From assembly GCA_038256225.1 (NCBI GenBank), contig JBBSKO010000001.1, positions 1 to 36,672 on the forward strand: 36,672 nucleotides of DNA. Direction: 5' to 3'. The stretch is from Propionibacteriales bacterium (GTDB taxonomy: Bacteria > Actinomycetota > Actinomycetes > Propionibacteriales > Nocardioidaceae). The notes under the pieces were generated by a model. That model ran no database searches. It was not told where the DNA came from and worked only from the letters and a program-made list of their open reading frames with translations. Every line of letters begins with the position of its first letter. Position 1 is the stretch's first letter. Below are positions 28,519 through 36,672 of the stretch, piece by piece. The position numbers and the translations under genes are program-made.

Positions 28519-30329
28519 ACGGGCCGGTGATCAGCCCCGGGACCGGCCGCGGGCCCCGGCGCTCCCGTCCGCCGGCCCGGCGGGTGGCGGTGGTGGCCGC
28601 GGTGCTGCTGGTGCTCGGCCTCGCAGCCGGCTGCATGCAGATGCCGGCCAGCGGGCCCGTCGTGGAGACCGACACCGCCTCCGGGAGCGACGACGGCCGC
28701 GCGACCGCGATCGACCCCCTGCCCCCGCAGCCCGGGGCCTCGGCGATCCAGGTGGCCCAGGGTTTCCTGGAGGCGATGACCGCCACCCCGATCCGCAGCA
28801 GCGTCGCCCAGCAGTACCTCGCCGAGGATGCGCGCACCAGCTGGGACCCGGACGCCTCGACGATCATCTACACCGACTCGATGGCACCGGTGAGCGTCCC
28901 TGGCGGCGCCGAGGTCGCCCTCACCTCCGCCGAGCGCCTCGATGACCGGGGCGCGTGGGTGGGGGACCTCGGCCCGAAGGCCTCGACCCTGCGGCTGCGG
29001 ATGGTGATGGAGGACGGGGAGTTCCGGATCGCCGACCCGCCCGACGCGCTGGTCGTCCCGGCCTCCTGGTTCGAGCAGCGCTTCCGCAGCGTCTCGCTCT
29101 ACTTCTTCGACCGCACCGGTCAGGTGCTGGTGCCCGAGTCCGTCTTCGTGCCCCGCGGCGAGCAGCTGGCCAGCAACCTGGTCAACGGCCTCCTGGCCGG
29201 CCCGGCGGGCGCCGCGCGGCTCGCAACCCGGTCCTTCCTGCCCGACGGGCTCGGACTCGGGCTGTCGGTGCCGATCGACGACGACGGGGTCGCCGACGTC
29301 GAGCTGACCGGGGACGCGCCCGTGCGCTCGGCCGACGCCAACGCGCTGATGCTGGCCCAGCTGGCCTGGACGATGCGCCAGGACAGCTCGATCCGGGCGA
29401 TCCGGGTCAGCATCGGCGGGGTCACGGTGCCGCTGCCGGGCGACGTGCCGGCCTACTCCGTGGAGGGGGGCGCCCCCTACGACCCGACCGGCTACCAGAG
29501 CAGCGGCCTGCTCTACGGCCTCGACCAGGACGGACTGCTCGTCTCCGGGTCGCCCAACGACCTGGAGCGGGTGTCCGGCCCGTTGGGCCAGGAGGTCTTC
29601 GGCGTGCGCTCGGTGGCCGTGGACCTCGCGGGCACGACGGCGGCCGCGGTCGGCGACGACGGCACCTCGGTGCTCCAGGCGCCGGTCCGCGAGGGGGAGG
29701 ACCAGGGACAGGTGGAGGAGGTGGTCAGCGGCGCCACCGACCTGCTGACGCCGGGCTGGGACGTCGCCGGACGGCTGTGGCTGGTGGACCGGACCGCCGA
29801 CGGGGCGCGGGTGCTGCACCTCGACGAGGTCGGGTCCGGGCAGCCGCGCGAGGTGCGGGTGCCCGGGGTCACCGGTCGCGACGTCGTGGACGTCCTGGTC
29901 TCGCGCGACGCCACCCGGCTGGTCGCCGTGGTCCGCGGGGCGCGGTCCGACCGGCTGCACACCGCACGGATCCTGGTGACCGACCAGGGCCGGGTCCGCG
30001 GCGCGGTCGCCGACACCCGGATCGTCTCCGAGGACGGGGGGCGGCTGCGCGTGCGCGACCTCGCGTGGACGTCCCCGACCACGGCCTCGCTGCTGAGCAC
30101 GGTGCGCGACGACCTGGTCGAGGTGCGCACCGTCACCGTCGACGGGGCACCCAGCAGTCTGTCGACGCTGTCGACGACGGTCCGCGGGCCCGTCCGCGGG
30201 CTCGCCGGCAGCCCGGTGGTCGACCAGCCGACCTACGCCGTGGGCAGCGCGCGCCTGGTCGACGTCAGCTCCGGCGGCGAGGTCGCGCTGGCCGAGGTCG
30301 TCCTGCGCTCCCTCGGCTACGCCGGCTGA
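28515..30329 (+). CDS. lpqB: Lipoprotein LpqB (GerMN plus beta-propeller)
   Basis: GTGA overlap with mtrB. Lipobox LAAGC, then LYFFD...LVPE and LLAGP. Confidence 0.9.
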   Translation: MNGPVISPGTGRGPRRSRPPARRVAVVAAVLLVLGLAAGCMQMPASGPVVETDTASGSDDGRATAIDPLPPQPGASAIQVAQGFLEAMTATPIRSSVAQQYLAEDARTSWDPDASTIIYTDSMAPVSVPGGAEVALTSAERLDDRGAWVGDLGPKASTLRLRMVMEDGEFRIADPPDALVVPASWFEQRFRSVSLYFFDRTGQVLVPESVFVPRGEQLASNLVNGLLAGPAGAARLATRSFLPDGLGLGLSVPIDDDGVADVELTGDAPVRSADANALMLAQLAWTMRQDSSIRAIRVSIGGVTVPLPGDVPAYSVEGGAPYDPTGYQSSGLLYGLDQDGLLVSGSPNDLERVSGPLGQEVFGVRSVAVDLAGTTAAAVGDDGTSVLQAPVREGEDQGQVEEVVSGATDLLTPGWDVAGRLWLVDRTADGARVLHLDEVGSGQPREVRVPGVTGRDVVDVLVSRDATRLVAVVRGARSDRLHTARILVTDQGRVRGAVADTRIVSEDGGRLRVRDLAWTSPTTASLLSTVRDDLVEVRTVTVDGAPSSLSTLSTTVRGPVRGLAGSPVVDQPTYAVGSARLVDVSSGGEVALAEVVLRSLGYAG

Positions 30330-30336
30330 CCCCGTC

Positions 30337-31260
30337 GTGCACCCCGCCGTCCTCGACGCCGCCCTCGACCTGGTGGCCGGCTCGACCTGCGTCGGCTGCG
30401 CGGCCCCCGGCCGGCCGTGGTGCCGGCGGTGCGCCGCCGCCCCGGACCCGCACCCGTGGTGCTGCTGGCCGGACCCGTCACCGGGAGGGCTGGTGCCGCC
30501 GTGGGCGGCCACGCCGTACGCCGGTGCCGTGCGGGACGCCGTCCTCGCCCACAAGGAGCGACGCGTGCTGGCGCTGGCCGCGCCGCTCGGCGGGTGGCTG
30601 GCCCTGGCCGTCGCCGCTGCCCTGGAGAAGGGACCGGCGCCGGGGGGACCCGGCCCGGTTCCGGTCGTCCTCGTCCCCGTGCCGTCGCGGCGCGCCGGTG
30701 TCCGGGCGCGCGGCCATGACGCCACCGCGCGGATGACCCGGGCGGCCGCGACCGGGTTGCGCCCGGTCGTCGGCGCGCCGGTCGTCGTCGCCCCGTTGCT
30801 GCGCCTGCGCGCCGGCGTGCTGGACCAGTCCGGTCTCACCGCGTCGGCCCGGGCCGCGAACCTCGCCGGCTCGATGGCCTGCGACGCCCGCCGCCTCGCG
30901 CGCCTCGCGCGCCGGGTGGGGCGGGCCCGGGTCGTGGTCTGTGACGACGTCGTGACCACCGGCGCCACGGTCCGGGAGGCGCAGCGCGCGCTCGAGGCGA
31001 GCGGGGTGCCGGTGCTCGCGGTAGCGGCGGTCGCGGCGACGACGCTGCGACGACGCTGCGACGAATTGGGCCCTCCGACCTTTCGTCCGCCCCGGCCACC
31101 CACTAACGTCTCGTCATGGAGTCCGCCCGGGTCCGTGGTTGCGCCGACATCGCGCCCACCAGGGCGCGAGCACGGCAAGCCGATGCCAGTCGCAGGCGAA
31201 ACGGTCCACGTAAGTCCCGCCGGGGCGTGCCCCGACCGGGACGATCACGGTGCGGCTTAG
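30337..31260 (+). CDS. comF: ComF family phosphoribosyltransferase-like protein with a long C-terminal tail
   Basis: CVGC/CRRC zinc motif, PVPS....RARG, R..NL and PRPP loop VCDDVVTTGAT. Conserved lpqB-comF-hpf synteny. Confidence 0.85.
   Translation: MHPAVLDAALDLVAGSTCVGCAAPGRPWCRRCAAAPDPHPWCCWPDPSPGGLVPPWAATPYAGAVRDAVLAHKERRVLALAAPLGGWLALAVAAALEKGPAPGGPGPVPVVLVPVPSRRAGVRARGHDATARMTRAAATGLRPVVGAPVVVAPLLRLRAGVLDQSGLTASARAANLAGSMACDARRLARLARRVGRARVVVCDDVVTTGATVREAQRALEASGVPVLAVAAVAATTLRRRCDELGPPTFRPPRPPTNVSSWSPPGSVVAPTSRPPGREHGKPMPVAGETVHVSPAGACPDRDDHGAA
31104..31109 (+). promoter_or_regulatory. -10 element (TAACGT) of the raiA-motif RNA/hpf transcript
   Basis: TANNNT ends 6 nt before A31116, just ahead of the RNA's closing stem. 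Confidence 0.65.
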
Positions 31261-31402
31261 AGGTAAGTCCTGCCCCGTGCCACCGGTCAGACACCGGTGT
31301 CCGCGGGAGACGGCCAGTAGTGGCGCCAGAGATGGCAGACGAGCCGCGAACGCTGCCGCAGGCGGTTGTGGGGTCGAAGACCAGGTCGGCCGGGCGGGCT
31401 CC
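31118..31402 (+). ncRNA. raiA motif structured noncoding RNA
   Basis: 13-bp closing stem GGAGTCCGCCCGG/CCGGGCGGGCTCC. The recalled raiA core blocks appear in order: GTGGTTG, CGATGCCAGTCGCAGGC.AAACG.TCCACGTAAG, GGTGCGGCTTAGA.GTAAGTCCTGCC, AGTAGTG, GCGAA and GCAGGCG..TGTGGGGTC.AAGACCAGGTC. The comF-raiA(hpf) context is the typical one. Confidence 0.93.
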
Positions 31403-31435
31403 TCCGCACCACCGGAAGCACACGTCACACCCCAC

Positions 31436-31459
31436 CCGGTCGGTGCCCCCGCCGACCGG
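31436..31459 (+). other. Hairpin between the raiA RNA and hpf (possible terminator or processing element)
   Basis: CCGGTCGGTG-CCCC-CGCCGACCGG, 10-bp stem with one G-U pair. Confidence 0.45.
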
Positions 31460-31484
31460 TGTCCTACGAGTGCAGGAGGTCCCC

Positions 31485-32123
31485 ATGGAGGTCGTCGTCA
31501 CCGGACGCCACTGCGAGCTGAGCGATCGGTTCCGCAGCCACGCCGAGGAGAAGCTGGCCCGTCTCGAGAAGCACGACCATCGCATCATCCGGGTGCACGT
31601 GGAGGTCGACTGCGAGGCCAACCCCCGCCAGCACGACCGCAGCACCCACGTCGAGCTCACCGCCTTCTCCAAGGGCCCGGTGATCCGGGCGGAGGCGGCC
31701 GCGGACCACGAGATGGGCGCCCTGGACCTCGCGATGGACAAGATGGCCGAGCAGATGCGGCGTGCCTCGGACCGGCGCCGCGTGCACCGCGGGCGTCGGA
31801 CGCCGGTCTCGGTCGGCCAGGCGCTGGCCGACGTCCCGATCGACAGCGACCTGCTCACCGGCACCGAGGACGAGACCGCCGAGGACCCGGCGCGCGAGCA
31901 CCGGGTCGGCCCGATCGAGGTCACCGGCGACGGTCCCCTCGTGGTCCGCGAGAAGTCGCACCCGGCGACCCCGATGACGTTGGACCAGGCGCTCTACGAG
32001 ATGGAGCTGGTGGGGCACGACTTCTACCTGTTCGTCGACAAGGAGTCCGAGCGTCCCGCGGTGGTCTACCGGCGCAAGGGCTACGACTACGGAGTGATCG
32101 CGCTCGACCTCGTCGAGGAGTAG
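31485..32123 (+). CDS. hpf: Ribosome hibernation promoting factor (long HPF/RaiA)
   Basis: MEVVVTGRH..., GPVIRAEA, and the C-terminal domain VVREK.H...PMTLDQALYEMELVGHDFYLF...VVYRR..YDYG. SD AGGAGG. Confidence 0.96.
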   Translation: MEVVVTGRHCELSDRFRSHAEEKLARLEKHDHRIIRVHVEVDCEANPRQHDRSTHVELTAFSKGPVIRAEAAADHEMGALDLAMDKMAEQMRRASDRRRVHRGRRTPVSVGQALADVPIDSDLLTGTEDETAEDPAREHRVGPIEVTGDGPLVVREKSHPATPMTLDQALYEMELVGHDFYLFVDKESERPAVVYRRKGYDYGVIALDLVEE

Positions 32124-32135
32124 CCGCACGCACCC

Positions 32136-32172
32136 ACGACGGGGCGTGGCCGGGACGGCCACGCCCCGTCGT
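32136..32172 (+). terminator. Long perfect hairpin after hpf
   Basis: ACGACGGGGCGTGGCC-GGGAC-GGCCACGCCCCGTCGT, 16-bp perfect stem, plus outer pairing CGCACG/CGTGCG. Confidence 0.75.
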
Positions 32173-32189
32173 CGTGCGATGATGCCGAC

Positions 32190-32882
32190 GTGGCCGCCCC
32201 CAGCTCGCCTGCCTCCGCCGCGCCGGAGCCCGTCCGCGTGATCGTGGTCGACGACCAGGAGCTCTTCCGCCGCGGGCTGACCATGCTGCTCGCCGTCGAG
32301 GACGGCCTCGAGGTCGTCGGCGAGGCCGGCGACGGCGACCAGGGCATCGCGTTGGCGGTGAGCACCGCTCCCGACGTGGTGCTGCTCGACGTGCGGATGC
32401 CGCGCCGCTCGGGGATCGAGGCCTGCCTGGCCATCAAGGAGTCCGTGCCGGCCACCAAGATCATCATGCTGACGGTCTCCGACGAGGAGAGCGACCTCTA
32501 CGAGGCGGTCAAGAGCGGGGCGTCGGGCTACCTGCTGAAGGACTCCTCCATCGAGGAGGTGGCCCAGGCCGTCCGGGTCGTCGTCGAGGGCCAGTCGCTG
32601 ATCAGCCCGTCCATGGCGGTCAAGCTGATCGACGAGTTCAAGCAGATGTCGCGCCCCGAGCGGCGCACCGCGGCGAACCTGCGGCTGACCGACCGCGAGA
32701 TGGACGTGCTCCGCCTGGTGGCGCTCGGGCTGAACAACCGCGAGGTGGCGCGCCGGCTGACGATCAGCGAGAACACCGTGAAGAACCACGTGCGCAACAT
32801 CCTCGAGAAGCTCCAGCTCCACTCCCGGATGGAGGCCGTCATGTACGCCTTCAAGGAGAAGCTGCTCGAGCTGCCCAGCTGA
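32190..32882 (+). CDS. Orphan NarL/LuxR-family response regulator (Streptomyces OrrA-like by synteny)
   Basis: VVDDQELFRRG, LLDVRMP, GASGYLLK, LTDRE and ISENTVKNHVRNILEKL. No adjacent kinase. Confidence 0.92.
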   Translation: MAAPSSPASAAPEPVRVIVVDDQELFRRGLTMLLAVEDGLEVVGEAGDGDQGIALAVSTAPDVVLLDVRMPRRSGIEACLAIKESVPATKIIMLTVSDEESDLYEAVKSGASGYLLKDSSIEEVAQAVRVVVEGQSLISPSMAVKLIDEFKQMSRPERRTAANLRLTDREMDVLRLVALGLNNREVARRLTISENTVKNHVRNILEKLQLHSRMEAVMYAFKEKLLELPS

Positions 32883-32885
32883 CCC

Positions 32886-34109
32886 GTGCTCTCGCTCTCG
32901 ACCGCCCAGGCGCGCCGGGTGGCGCTGGCCGCCCAGGGCTTCTGCGACCCGGACCACGCCGCGCCCACGATGCGCACGCTGGACCGCGCGGTCGCCCGGA
33001 CCGGCGTCCTGCAGGTCGACTCGGTCAACGTGCTGGCGCGGGCGCACTACATGCCGCTCTACGCGAGGATGGGGCCGTACGACCCCGCCCTCCTCGGCCG
33101 CGCCGCCGAGCGGTCGCCACGGCACCTGGTCGAGTACTGGGCGCACGTCCAGGCGCTGATGCCGGTCGGGCTGTGGCCGGCGATGGCGCACCGTCGTGAC
33201 CACTACCGTGCGCGGCGCGGGAAGTGGACGGTGCTCGAGGAGGGCACCGGGCTGGAGCGTGCCCTGCTCGCCGAGATCGCCGACCGCGGGGCCTCGACGG
33301 CCCGCGAGCTCGACGACGGGCTGCCCCGGAGCCGGGAGCACTGGGGCTGGAACTGGTCGCGGGCCCGCCAGGTCCTGGACTACCTCTACCTGGTCGGGGA
33401 CCTCGCGATCGCCGGGCGCACCGGCTCGTTCGAGGTGCTCTACAACCTCCCGGAGCGGGTGCTGCCGCGGGCGGTGCTGGAGGCGTCCACGCCGTCGGTC
33501 GCCGACCAGCACCTCGAGCTGGTGCGGCGCGCGGCCCGCTCGCACGGCGTCGCCACGCTGCCGTGCCTGCGCGACTACTACCGCCTGCCGCGGCTGGACC
33601 AGGTGCGCCCGGCGGTCGAGGTCCTGGTCGAGACCGGCGAGCTCGAGCCGGTGCGGATCGAGGGCTGGGACCGCCCGGCCTGGCTGCACCGCGACGCCCG
33701 CCGCGCCCGCCGGGTGAGCGCACGGACGCTGCTCAGCCCGTTCGACCCGGTGGTGTGGGAGCGCGAGCGCGCCGAGCGGCTGTTCGGCTTCCACTACCGG
33801 ATCGAGATCTACGTGCCGGCCGCCGAGCGGCGCTTCGGCTACTACGTGCTGCCGTTCCTGCTCGGCGACGAGATCGTGGCCCGGGTGGACCTCAAGGCCG
33901 ACCGGGCCGCCGGGGTGCTGCGGGTGCCCGGGGCCTTTGCCGAGGAGGACGCGCCGGCCGGCACGGCCGAGGAGCTGGCCGCCGAGCTGGTCCGCCTGGC
34001 CGGGTGGCTGGGGCTGGCCGAGGTCCGGGTGGGGGAGCGCGGTGACCTGGCCGCGCCGCTGTCCGGTGCGCTGGCCGCGGGTTGGGGTGGCGCTCGCACC
34101 CCTGGGTAG
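32886..34109 (+). CDS. YcaQ/AlkZ (HTH_42) family DNA glycosylase, YcaQ-like
   Basis: [13 protein letters not shown] (QxD motif), [28 protein letters not shown]...R.FGYYVLP. Confidence 0.88.
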   Translation: MLSLSTAQARRVALAAQGFCDPDHAAPTMRTLDRAVARTGVLQVDSVNVLARAHYMPLYARMGPYDPALLGRAAERSPRHLVEYWAHVQALMPVGLWPAMAHRRDHYRARRGKWTVLEEGTGLERALLAEIADRGASTARELDDGLPRSREHWGWNWSRARQVLDYLYLVGDLAIAGRTGSFEVLYNLPERVLPRAVLEASTPSVADQHLELVRRAARSHGVATLPCLRDYYRLPRLDQVRPAVEVLVETGELEPVRIEGWDRPAWLHRDARRARRVSARTLLSPFDPVVWERERAERLFGFHYRIEIYVPAAERRFGYYVLPFLLGDEIVARVDLKADRAAGVLRVPGAFAEEDAPAGTAEELAAELVRLAGWLGLAEVRVGERGDLAAPLSGALAAGWGGARTPG

Positions 34110-34155
34110 CATGGGAAGGCCGACGCGCGACGTCGTCGGCCCCCGATCCAAGGAG
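34107..34155 (+). promoter_or_regulatory. secA promoter/leader: -10 TAGCAT (overlapping the upstream TAG stop), hairpin 34118-34141, SD AGGAG
   Basis: An 8-bp stem GGCCGACG/CGTCGGCC starts at about the predicted +1. AGGAG at 34151-34155. Confidence 0.5.
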
Positions 34156-34165
34156 TCGCAGCACC

Positions 34166-36672
<2,507 letters not shown>

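Noticed and set aside
15894-31178. Very long alternative-frame ORFs (15894-19436, 19028-21097, 21699-24452, 24400-25929, 27444-31178 and others)
   Set aside because: They are Arg/Gly/Pro-rich, have no recognisable motifs and overlap well-supported genes.

Overview
This is a high-GC actinobacterial chromosomal segment. Gene content and order suggest a Nocardioides-like organism, which is an inference. I found no mobile elements, CRISPR arrays, tRNAs or rRNAs. The left part is a cell-wall glycopolymer locus: partial LCP ligase, inositol monophosphatase, two GlfT1-like GT2 enzymes, glf, glfT2, wzm/wzt, an amidase with FG-GAP repeats, a TIGR03089 protein and manC. The middle holds DUF3105, F420 genes cofE/cofD, whiB (WhiB2 type), a large membrane GT2 with DUF5719, a zinicin-like protein, DUF3499, phosphomannomutase, Trm112, a SIS-domain protein and ahcY. 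The right part holds mtrA-mtrB-lpqB, comF, hpf/raiA, an orphan NarL regulator, a YcaQ-like glycosylase and partial secA. The main element missing from the ORF track is a ~285-nt raiA-motif structured ncRNA (31118-31402) between comF and hpf. It has its own -10 box, the comF ORF overlaps it, and a stop-free frame runs from an ATG at the predicted +1 through the RNA into hpf. Other signals are an McdR/BldO-type palindrome shared by the whiB promoter and the amidase upstream region, two interlocked bidirectional -10 elements driving leaderless divergent genes, and a CofE lacking the FbiB nitroreductase domain. All assignments come from recalled motifs and synteny; no searches were run.
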